DNA of 64,000 bases, taken from Azolla caroliniana. Taxonomy: Eukaryota; Plantae; Polypodiophyta. A program made the position numbers and the translations under genes. Under the pieces are notes generated by a model. It was not told the origin of the DNA and did not search any database. It saw only the letters and a program-made list of their open reading frames with translations. The stretch is from the NCBI GenBank assembly GCA_043228905.1, contig JBHGNT010000012.1, forward strand, positions 6,386,001 through 6,450,000. Direction: 5' to 3'. Position 1 is the stretch's first letter, and the number at the start of each line of letters is the position of its first letter. Of the stretch, positions 26,704-37,842 are shown piece after piece.

Positions 26704-26910
26704 GCGCCCCGACTGGGTGGGTAATTAGAGTTGCGATTCGAATCGCGCCCCCAACTAGGTGGGTAATTGGAGCTATGATTCGAATCCCGCCCCGACTGGG
26801 TGGGTAATTGGAGTCGTGATTCGAATCACGCCCCGATTGGGTGGGCAATTGGAGTTGTGATTCTAATCTTGCCCCGACTAGGTGCGTAACTAGAGTTGTG
26901 ATTCGAATCA
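26704..26910. repeat. ~41-bp minisatellite, 5 copies
   Basis: Unit GCCCCGACTGGGTGGGTAATTGGAGTTGTGATTCGAATC(nn); four of five units end in the palindrome GATTCGAATC. Confidence 0.9.
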
Positions 26911-27719
26911 TCGAGTTGAGGCCTTTTCATCCGCCTGTTAGAACACAAGCATGCATTGTCGCTAGGTGAAATGTGAGCGAGACCACCGGGGACCTGAACC
27001 AGAGAGTATGGGTTTGATGAAGAGTTGTCGAATATGTTATTCCTCTTAACTGTTGGTTGTACGTGGGTCTCGGCTTCTCTCAAAATGTTCAGTCGAGCCC
27101 CGTGCAAGTAGGTGTATACGTGTTTTACAAGTATAATTGAGTGTGTATGTGTATGTGTATGTGTGTGTATATATGTCTATATATCTCATGTATTGTATAT
27201 CATCTTTCTCCCTTTTGTTACCTCTTAACAACATTTGAACTGGTACACCAAAACCATTCCCATGACAACGTGTTCTCCTTCTCCTTTTATAGGTTTCAAG
27301 AGTGCCCTTACCAAAATAGTTAGGTTTCTTTTTTGTTTCACATACTTCGTTCGACATCATCTCTTATCCCTTTTGTTGCCTCTAATGACGTTCAAATTGT
27401 ACACCAAAACCATACCAATAGTTAGCTCTTAGTAATTAAACTATATTTTTGTTGGTTTAAAGTTATCCCTTATAAAGCCGTTTCAATTATGTCTTTGAAT
27501 ATAACCTTAGCCTATAATAAAACTCATTTTTTAGGTGCTTTTCTCTATTGTGCATGCCACATCTCGAGAAAGTTGTCCAATCAAGGACGCGAGATACTAG
27601 CGGGTAATGAGTTTGATCATTGATTGAGTTATGCTCGATGGATATTTTACTCCAACAACTTTTGTCAATCTGTGTGTTATCTATTATGGGATTCGTTGAT
27701 GTAGGTCACTGGAGATGGT

Positions 27720-27982
27720 TATCAATGAAATTGGACAACTAAGGTATCTACGGTAACACACAAGTATAATTGTTACTAGAAGGGTGATCTATTACAAACG
27801 ACTAAGGTATCTATGGTAACACACATGTATAATCATTACTAGAAAGGTGATTTATTACAAACTATATGTCGCAATATCGTTCATCAATGAAATTGGATGA
27901 CTAAGGTATCTACAGTAACACACATGTATAATCGTTACTAGAAGGGTGATCTATTACAAACTATATGTTGCAATATCGTTCA
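27720..27982. repeat. Tandem repeat, ~62-bp core x3
   Basis: ACTAAGGTATCTAnGGTAACACACA..GGTGATCTATTACAAAC at ~27738, 27801 and 27900. Confidence 0.85.
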
Positions 27983-28349
27983 CACTATACAACATTGATC
28001 GCACACAAAACCTCACTACCTTGTTTAAAATACTCATTACCTATACTCAATCAATGGAGGGGAGCTCGGGCCCAATGACATTATGACATGCTAACCTTTA
28101 ATGTGACTTAGGCACAGAAAACATTTTGTAGTACCACTTAAGGAGGTGAGCATGGAGCAGAGAATACATTGTAGGTTGCTATATGAATATAGTGTGTAAT
28201 GTTCTACAACATCTCAAAGTATAATCTATGATGTTCTACAACCGTGTCACGGCTTCAAAATGGCCTATTCTCATGACTTGAACATCTACGAAACAACTTG
28301 TTGACATAAAGTGCTACACGAACACAAAGAGCTAGTTCTGATGATCAAG

Positions 28350-29560
28350 GAGTGGACCTTCCCATTCCTTTTGGGAACTATAAAATGGATCTCAACCAAG
28401 TTGTTCTCCTACTAGTAAAATGAAGATAAATTAGAGAAGCTTTCCAATGTCCTCCTTTACATTAGTGACATAATCTACGTTCATCAAATGGCAAGTTACT
28501 ATAATGGCTTGACATTTACATTCAGTTGCACTTTGTTCATAGAAGTAGGGATCCAATGTTCATATCTGTTCATTTGACTAGGTGAAAATGATCTTATAAA
28601 CACCTACCAAGTTGATGACCTCTTATCAAAATAACATTGATTAAGCGCTTTTGTTATGTGCACTAGTTTGGGATATCTATCACTCCCAAAGTTAACTTCT
28701 TCCATCTAAAACTTTTTCATGCACCAGGAGAGCAACATTTCATACCCCAACACCTATCAATATCTTTCTAGCTTGGCAAGTAGCGATATCTTTAATCAAT
28801 GGGGGGGGTAAGTAATTGTTGTTGCTTTGATCAAAGCAACTAAATCCCATGACCATTGATAATTATTACCCAATTACCTAAAGAACATTCATCTCAAAAG
28901 GAGAGATTTGCATGGAGGTATGCCATCGAGTATAGTTGGATTTCAATGTCATCCAATTCATCGTAGCATGTTAATGCTCTCAATGTACAAGGGTATTGTA
29001 ACATCATTGCCTCATGGACCCCACATGAAGGACAATACCACATTGGTCTTTTGATGTTCAAACAATATGTGGTTTCGTGCAATTGTTCTTGATATGCATT
29101 GTCCACAACCACGAGGGACCCATATGAAGGGGATACACATCATCATAATCCAAGTGTTTACTATTGTTGAGATGTGAAATGGGTAGCCTCTTGAATTAAT
29201 TGTGAAGTTCTTGGTCAGTCCCATAAGTTGCATTTACCATATTTGGAGGCAAATGGGGAATATTATCCATGACTTAAAACATCACCACAACATATTTGCT
29301 CATTGATTATGTTAATATTCAATCTACCCTCTAAACCACATCAAGTACATTGAACTTGTTGATCTAGATGCACATGTTTTCTAGCATGTATAGACTTTAA
29401 GTATGTCTTCCAAGTGTATGGTGATGAAGTTCATGTTTGACTCCTTACCATTGTTGTCAATTGGTTAGAAGTGGCATTCATCATTGAAGTGGATGTGTTG
29501 CTAGATAGATATTCATGGTGGTGTGGAGAGCACTGACTTTGAAATATATGGAGCATAGTG
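28350..29560 (-). mobile_element. Decayed Ty3/gypsy pol fragment (protease end to RT start, Athila/Tat-like)
   Basis: Minus-strand remnants YPLHMGPSWLWTMHIK (protease LLGRPWL-like), LDPYFYE..MNVDYVTNVKEDIGKLL..TWL..FIVPKRNGK (RT N-terminus). Confidence 0.7.
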
Positions 29561-30195
29561 CTCATAAGGAAGTTTGATGGTGGTGTGGGGATGCAATTCT
29601 CATTGGACATATTGGCAATGATGTTAGTGTTTTGCTAAAAAAAAATTGTCAAGATCATAGCAAATAACAATATTGAATTGAAAATGACAATAAGAAAAGG
29701 GAAATAATAGAACAATATGAGAACAATATCATATCAAAGAACAATAGGGAAGAGGGAAATAATAAATGAATGTTAATGCACAATATACAAGAGTACACCA
29801 AAGATTGGCATTGAAACATAATGGCGTATCAATACCAATATCACTTGCTTATATAGTATTTTGGGACACGTGTATGCATGTGGCCTCACATTTATACGTG
29901 ATTGCTACTTGGTATTCATGCAAATATGTTATGTGGCAATCATGTGTTAGCTTGTCCGAGGTGGGCAATATCTCATAATATTAAACGTATAGTTTAAATT
30001 ATCTATGCCCACAACATTTGGTGATGAATGATGACTCTAGTATTACATATATACTTTTGGTATTTGTGTCACTTTCGTGTGCCTCACCGAAATGTATCTA
30101 TAAATTGGTGGGAGTTTTTACCTTCTCGTCGATGTTGTTGGCCTTGAGCTCGGACCCAAATATTCCCTCTTGGTGACAAACGGGGCGGGAACAAT

Positions 30196-30621
30196 TGTCA
30201 AACACTCCCGAGCTACTAACTAACTTAGCTTAGGATTAGAACTTAATCTCTCTCTTTTTTCTCTCTTGCTTTACTCTCTCTTTCTATCTCTTATAATGAT
30301 AGACAGGGCAAAACACAAAGAAAGTACTTTATCAATAACTTCTCTTCTTGATTATTCCTTAACCCTAATCTTTCTTAGCTCTAATAAGGATTAGGGACAT
30401 AGAGGTGGAGCTTAATACGCTAATAGGGAGAGAACTCTCAAGAATGACGAATAACCCTAAAAGTCACAACAAGTGTCTTTTATAGTTTTTTTACAAAGTT
30501 TCTCTCTTTTGCACTAGAGTGCCCATTGGGCCATATTGGTCCTTATTTGGTTTGTTCTATCCCCCTATTTTCCTATGGTTGGTTGAGCTTGATGTCCTTT
30601 GTTGGTGTCGCGATCTTCACA
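30196..30621. mobile_element. Probable solo LTR (426 bp)
   Basis: TGTCA...TCACA termini, imperfect 5-bp TSD ACAAT/ACTAT. TTTTATAG near 30480 suggests minus orientation. Confidence 0.5.
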
Positions 30622-30671
30622 ACTATTGTACCAAGTGTTATGAGCATATAACAAAACTACAAACTCATAAT

Positions 30672-30728
30672 AGAGATTTGAACCCATAACCTCTCCAAAA
30701 AGATGTGTAACCTCAACCATTAGTATAG
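30672..30728 (-). promoter_or_regulatory. tRNA-like Pol III A/B-box module at the start of the chromovirus LTR
   Basis: Minus strand TATACTAATGGTTGAG (A-box-like, 30717-30727) ... GAGGTTATGGGTTCAAATC (B box 30675-30684). Confidence 0.55.
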
Positions 30729-31817
30729 ATTTATATTTATGATTTCACACTTCATTATGATATATATGGAACCATTCCGGTCCAACACTAGTCTTCAACC
30801 TATTCTTGTAACCCTTGTTTTCATTGTCAATTTCCTCGTATTTCACTCTCATTTCTCTCTTATTTTCCTCTTCTCGGCTACAACCCTGACAATTTGAACT
30901 GGAATACTACCCTTCTTCATTGCCATCTTCATTCCTCTCTTGTTTTCATTTTAAACTTGTTCTTGGCTACAACCCTGACAATTTGAATTGGAATACTACC
31001 CTTCTTCATTGCCATCTTTTTTATCTTTTTATTTTTTGAAGAACCTCTCATCCTATCTTCTTGTAACCATGGAAATAGTAAGTAAACAAGAATAAATGCG
31101 CGTTGTAGTTTATCTTGAAGGCTTAACCACCAAGTTCATGGCCTTGGAGCAGGAGAATCAAACACTTCTCGAGGATTTACAACAAGTGAATGTTGAGAAA
31201 GCTCAACAACATGAGGAATTAACTCAAAGGGTTCACCAACTTGAAGTGGCATTAGTAAATTTGCGACAACAAGCATTGCAAGCACCAAATCCGCCAAAAG
31301 AACCCAATACATGTCTTCCATCGAAGTTTGATGGTACTTAGTCACAAGTTTGAGGATTTCTATACCAAGTATGTCTAGTAAATTACGAATGCATCTCACT
31401 TAATATCCAACCGATTCGGCACGAATAGGGTTGGTCAATACTTTATTGATTGGAACAATGCTAGCTTGGTTTGCGCCATTACTCAAGAAAAGGTGCCCCA
31501 TTTTGGATAATTTTGATGAGTTTATTAAAAGAGTTTCAAGCTTGTTTTACAGAATCTGCGGATAGTGGGGAAACTACTATCAATTAGATTTGAAGGTTAC
31601 GATAAGGAGATTGCCCAACCTCAGCCTATGTGGCAGATTTTAGCTTTCTTGCATGTGACATCCCTTGCGACGAAGAGGCATTGATGGATCAAGTTCGACA
31701 AGGACTTCATAATGATGTGACAACCATCTATTCGAGCGATGTTCTGAGCATCAACAATGGTCTTCACGTTGATCAGAGCAAACATATGACGACATTACCA
31801 TCCTTTGGAACTTTGTA

Positions 31818-32093
31818 GGTCCCTACCCCTAACTCAATAGGTGGTCCTACTCCATACACGTTGTTGAGGACCTTAAACAAAAATTGAAAAGCAAAGACGT
31901 TGAGCAAATCGTCTATGTCTATATTGTGGTGGCCTAGGACATATATTGATAAATTGGTCCCTACCCCTAACTCAATAGGTGGTCCTACTCCATACACGTC
32001 GTTGAGGACCTTTAACAAAAACTAAAAAGCAAAGACATTGAGCAAACTGTTTATGTCTATATTGTGGTGGCCCAGGACATATATTGATAAATT
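31818..32093. repeat. ~138-bp tandem duplication of the gag zinc-knuckle region
   Basis: GGTCCCTACCCCTAACTC...CATATATTGATAAATTG twice (31818 and 31955). Confidence 0.88.
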
Positions 32094-33029
32094 GCCCTCA
32101 TCGACCTAGACATTAAGTTAACCAAGTAAGTGCTAGTATTAAATCTGATCTTGATTCTCCTAATGCATCTAGCAATCCTAGTAGCCCTACACCTCCGCCA
32201 ACTAGATTAGGTGTTAAATGAGTAAATCTAGCCAAAATAGGAGCCATTAGGTTGGATAACCCAGAATTTATAGAGTTAGTCCATAGATGGTTCCATTTCA
32301 TTGAATCGATATAGTAGGGTTTTTGTGGCACAAGTTTTAACATAGTACCTCTAGATGTCATCGTCTCTTTGCCTTTGTTCTCTTAGATTCAAGAGCTAAC
32401 TCTTGTTTCATGAACTAAGACTTTGCCTTGACACATAATATCTCTTAACTTTCTCTAGGGGTGGTCTTGCACCCTTTCATTTGCTTTTAAAGTTAATTAA
32501 GACTATTAGACATATAGTCATAAATGCATAGCAAATGTAGGTGCCAACAAGTAAGGAAAGCTATGGGTTCTAACAATCCAAAATATTAAGCTCGTATGAT
32601 GTTATCAATATTAGGTGCCTCCTAGATGAACCATTACATCGAGAAAATTCCAAGTCGGAGAGAACTCACTCTAGTTGTGTGCATGTGTGTGGTGGGCTAT
32701 TGTGAGGGGAGTACAAGGAGCCAATCTCATGCTACGACAAGCATATGTAAGTCACATGCTATGACAACCATACGTAATAGTAGTTGTAGTATGGCAATGT
32801 GAGGACATGGAAGTGAAAACGGATGGGGGATCAAGTGTCGATGTATAATACGCACGAGGAGGAGGAGGAGAGTCGAGAATTCGTAGAAGCGAATCGAGAG
32901 GATCATTGGGGAGAGGACACCCTTTTCTGACACAAGCAAAGCCAAACAAAGGCGAGGCCTAGACCAGGATCATTAGAAGCAAATAGGGAGGATAATTGGG
33001 GGGCAAGGGCACCCTTTCTCACACAGGCG

Positions 33030-33385
33030 TACCTAGACAAGGCCATGCTAGACCAGACTAGACCAGACCACATCAAACTAGACCAGATTAGGCCATGCTA
33101 GACCAGACTAGACCAGACCACATCAAACTAGACCAGATTAGGCCATGCTAGACCAGACTAGACCATACCACATCAAACTAGACAAGATTAAGCCATGCTA
33201 GACTAGACTAGACCACATTCGGCCAAACCAGACCAGACCACATTAGGCCAAACCAGACCAGACCGGACCACATTAGGCCAAACCAGACCAAACCAGATTG
33301 GACCATGCCAGACCAGACCAGACCAGAACAGACCAGAACAGACCAGTCCAGAACAGAAGAGACCAGACTAGAGTAGACTAGGGTA
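33030..33385. repeat. Pentamer (GACCA/GACTA) satellite with a 50-bp higher-order repeat
   Basis: AGGCCATGCTAGACCAGACTAGACCAGACCACATCAAACTAGACCAGATT at 33040, 33090 and 33140, then degenerate pentamers. Followed by (CA)n(GA)n at 33445-33502. Confidence 0.9.
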
Positions 33386-33457
33386 GAGAGAGAAGAGTTA
33401 AATTTGTTCCCAGATATTGTGTGTGTGAAAGAGAGCATTTCTCCACACACACACACA

Positions 33458-33506
<49 letters not shown>

Positions 33507-33632
33507 ATAGATATATATCTCCCATCTCTTCTTTCATCTCTTCTTTCTCTCCTCTCCTTCTTCCCTCCCGTCTCTGTGTCTGTGTCTGTGTCTGTCTCTG
33601 TTCTCTTCTGTTCCAGAAGAAGACAGGATAGG

Positions 33633-36600
33633 ATGGCTCCCGAGGATGAAGCTCCCCCTCTCGACCCCTTCTTGATGGAGGCTGTCAATTCTCGCAACAG
33701 GATCACAGGTAATCATGAATGCTTCCCCTCCCTCTGAGCTCCCCTGATTTCCCCCCCCCCCCCCCCCCCCTTTTTTTTCTTCTTTAGGTCAAACCCTAGA
33801 GTCCATTTCACATACACAACAACTCTTAGATTCTTGGGTTATAGTCAGCAGCAGGTTAAAAGAATCGTCAGATTCTAGGGTTAAGAGAGACTTTAAACCA
33901 TCAAATTCTAAGGTTACAACGTAACTATCAGAATCTAGAATCTAGGGTTAAGAGAGTTATAACTGTCACACTCTAGGTTTCAGACATAACTTCGAGACTC
34001 CGGGATTCAGACATAACTTTCAGACTCTTGGGCTCAGATATAACTGTCAGAATCCAGGTTACAGGGTTAGGATGTGCAACTGTATCTGAATCTAGACATA
34101 AGAAACACTGGCAGTCTCCAGATTCTAGAGTTTAGGTATACCCTCAGATTCTAGGGTTGAAACACACTTTCATGTTGGGCATACTGTGAGATTCTAGTGT
34201 TAAGTAAGACATTACCGTGGGATTTGAGGGGTAATGAAATGCTGTCAGATAGAAGGGTTAAGAAATACTTTACTTGTGTATGGATGCAACTGCATTTACT
34301 CAGTTGATAGTCCGTCTTTATTCCATAACTTTTGTGCTCTATTCTTTATTCCTTCCTGTTATATTAGTGTGATTCTTGAACATGAAAGCCATCTCTGGTA
34401 ATGACGGTGTATAATAAACTTCACCATGTGCCCTTGAGAGGAAAAAAAACAGAAAATGGAAAGCAAAGAGCGAAAAATGAACTGTTTTCTGTTATTTATG
34501 TTTTCCTAGCATGAAATCATCTTTTTCTTTCCAACATTTTGAGATGTTTCGCTTTGCAATCACAATTGTACGATAATGATCTATTCATGAATCTTGAAAA
34601 GTCCAGGAGTCTAAAACAAACCAAAAGCTAAGAAACTTTCATTTCAATCAGTTTGGCTATGATTTATTAATAAGTGTTTTTGTATTCGAAGTTTTTTGCT
34701 CTAAAACATTTCATGGTTGCGAGGTATTTGTAATATCAATCACAAAACTTAAAGATGGTTTCCAAACAATGTCAAATTTAAAGTAAAGTAAACTTGGACA
34801 TTTTTTGAACAATATTTGACATCAATTATCTAAGTAACTAGGGGCAAATAAGGTGACTGGTTTTTTTTTACTCTCAGATTTGTTGTTTTGTGATATAACT
34901 CTGAGATAATTATCTCCTCATGTAACCACCATATACAAATGTAAACATGTTAGATTATGGGAAAAAAGCTAGGGAAATCATTAACAAGGCAAACCCGTGA
35001 AAAACCTGTGTTCCGGATCTTTGATGATGATAAACGAAGTGAATCATTTTGGATTGGTGCTTTCTTGAAGCATTTGACATAATTTTCTTTCTGACACAAG
35101 TATGAGATCATTGGGTTCTCATCTTGTACATCTTTGGTAACAAGAAAAGGATTTCTTGGGGATAGCGAAGCATATCATGTGTCCTTGATGTTGAGATACA
35201 GAAGAGTATTATTGTTATGATGTGAGATGTTAAGGGTCGGGCATAGTTATAGAATACTTAACATTCAATACATGTATAATATGTATGCTAAGCATTCTAC
35301 CTTTTTTCTTTATATACTTAGAATACGTATTTTACAGATAAAATACATAACATACCTTAAATATGTAGAATACGTTTAAAATACATGAAATACTTCTTAA
35401 AATTTTAAGGTTTTCTCAACAAAATAAAATTTTAATTTCTTTAACTTTTTGGAAGTATTAAATACTTATTAATTACGTAGAATTCATGACATATTTTTAA
35501 ATGACAGTTTAAAACATAGAATACATGTAGAATACTTCAGTGAAACGTATTCTTAACACAAAATAGGCATTTGTTAACAATTATGGGCTCAAGTTAGTGG
35601 GAATGCTTACAGGCAAAGCCATCACAAGGTGTGAGACATGCTAGTATTTTTTGCCTATGTCCACTAGTATAAGTGCACATGATGATGAGGTTCCGAGGGG
35701 GATTAATGATGGGTAAGGGTTTAAGGTCTAGGGCATGGAATAGACTTCTGTGAAGTGGGGGACATGCCTTACTCACACACTAGGTGAGAGTCTTTTTCAA
35801 AGTGGTGGACAACCGTCACCCATGCTCTAGGTGAGTCATCTATGGAGAGGCCTTAGCCACCTCTAGCTAGCCATTGGTTGGATGAAGTAACCGTCCTGTG
35901 TCCAATAGATTTTAAGAATTATGCTCTCTTCGCCCTGTGTTTCTTTTGGCTGCATGTTGCATCCTCAATATTTCCTGCTGTGTTGTTTCATGAAACTTTT
36001 TCATATAATTCTTTGCAAATTGTGTCATAAGTCCAAGAGATCTTTACCTTCTTAGATAACACCCTTTTTGTTAGTTTCAAAGAAGTATGCTCTCTTTGCT
36101 CTGTGTTTTCTTTTGGCTACCTATTGCATCCTCGATATTTCCTGATGTGTTGTTTTCTGAAGCTTTTTCATATAATTGTTTGCAAATTGTGTCATAATTC
36201 GAAGAGATTGTTACCTTCGTATATAACATCATTTGTGCTAATTTCAAAGAATTATGTTCTCTTCGCTTTGTGTTTCTTTTGGCTACCTGTTGCACCCTTG
36301 ATACTTTCGTGCCATGTTGATTCCTGAAGCTTTTTCATATAATTTCTTGCAAATTGTGTCATAAGTGCAACATATTATAACCTTCTTATATAACTCCCTT
36401 TGTGGCCAGTATTGCGGCTTGAACGAGAAATTGAAAGGTTTGTGAGGAACCCTAATCAACAGGATCTCTTGCTGAAGCCCATGACTTCTTCGTATGAGCG
36501 CTTGGCTGCCCATCGGGTAGCACAACACTATGGTCTTCAATCCATGGTTGTAAATTCTCTCCCACCAAGCACTTCAAGGATTCTCCTTGTGAAGACATCA

Positions 36601-37842
36601 TCAGAATGCAAGCTTCCTAGCGTCAGATTGATGGATATCCCATTGGAGAATGCATCCCCGGAGAAGTCTGGACTGGGAGAGAAGTTTGCTATCAAGAAGA
36701 GGGAAAGCAGTGCAACTGATGCCAATAGTCTTCGGAATTCTGGTGATCAAGGAAGGTCCCAAATGAAAAGCATGGAAGAAAGAGAAGAAGAATATGATAA
36801 AGCTAGAGCTAGGATCTTTAGCCCTAATAGAGACAGGTCAAATCTGATGGACGAGAGTAATAGAATATTGGATGCAATTTCTCCAAAGAGGGCAGAAGAG
36901 AATCTTGCAGAATATTCTTCAGATGCACGAGCCTTCAATGTAAGATCTGGGGAGGAGAGGAGCCCATTGATCAATTCGAGCAGGGTAGCAATATTCCGTG
37001 ATAGAGAGAAAGACATGAAGGATCCTGACTATGACCGCAACTACAAAAGGTACGTGGAATGCTTGAAAAGCAATCAAACAATGTAGCTATTTTTCTTTAC
37101 AGATGTTGATATGGTCATTACGCGTAATTGCACGTTTGATTAACCTGAAGTCTATGTCCATATAATATACGAAGACAAATGGTCATCCGCTAAGATAATT
37201 GCTTTCCTCTTACCTGATTGACTCTATTACATATATGATTGTGAGTCATAATTTCACCATTTATTAATGGAGTTTAAAGGAAGCCAAAGATAGGCCATTG
37301 GATATAATCTGGACATAGAGACGTAGGGACTCCATTTATTTACTTTAGAAACATGTATGATTGTAATAGATGTCGCCTCACAAACTCTTTTATGTGTAAA
37401 GGTATTCACAACCACTTTGGATGCAAACTGGCATTCCTGGAACGATGCAAACTATGCATACTATAGTAGGAAATCATAGCGAGGATTATATGCGAGTAAA
37501 TGGATCATGGGTACCTCATACACAATTCCAAGGTCCATGGATGGGACAAAACAACCAAAACATATTCCATGGGAGCTTTATCCAAAACCAGTTAGATGTG
37601 TATTTACAAAGGCCAAATTTTACTGGCAATCGTGCACAATATGGTCACATGAATGACGCCTTCCAGTATTCTTTCCAGGTTTGAAAACTCTATATGTTTT
37701 AACCGACTGTCTTTTGTGGTACCCTTTGTGTTTCAAAACTTTTTTATATTTAAGTATGAGATCTAAGCGTGCTTTTTTGTTGCTATTTATATAGCCTCCT
37801 GGCTTGCAGCAAATGCCAAGGATGAGTGCAATGGGGCGATAA
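33633..37842 (+). CDS. R3H and SUZ domain single-stranded nucleic acid/RNA-binding protein, ~346 aa, 4 coding exons
   Basis: Exons 33633-33708, 36410-37049, 37402-37678, 37795-37842 (1041 nt, GT-AG, in frame). LDPFLMEA..R.TVLRLE; R3H core SYERLAAHRVAQHYGL; SUZ SMEEREEEYDKARARIF; RVAIFRDREKD..DPDYDR. Confidence 0.92.
35242..35585. mobile_element. Probable hAT-type MITE in the R3H gene intron 1
   Basis: CATAGTTAT...ACAATTATG imperfect TIRs and internal GAATAC repeats. The 8-bp TSD match is only partial. Confidence 0.4.
35914..36400. repeat. ~165-bp tandem repeat x3 abutting the exon 2 acceptor
   Basis: AAGAATTATGCTCTCTT...TTTTTCATATAATT.TTTGCAAATTGTGTCATAA units at ~35914, 36080 and 36247. 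Confidence 0.85.

Larger units (their letters stand above)
30636..32200 (+). mobile_element. Truncated chromovirus (Tf1/sushi/Tcn1-like) LTR retrotransposon: 5' LTR plus decayed gag
   Basis: LTR TGTTATGA (30636)...CCCTGACA (30891). gag remnants PKEPNTCLPSKFDGT, LLIGTMLAWFAPLL, AYVADFSFLACDIPCDEEALMDQVRQGL, and a CLYCGG.GH...C knuckle. The LTR end plus PBS is duplicated at 30961-31020. Confidence 0.85.

Noticed and set aside
26704-26910. CRISPR-like array
   Set aside because: Contiguous tandem units without unique spacers, plant nuclear context, and no cas genes.
33208-33716. ORFs with SGLVW or ERER repeats
   Set aside because: Translation artefacts of pentamer and dinucleotide repeats.
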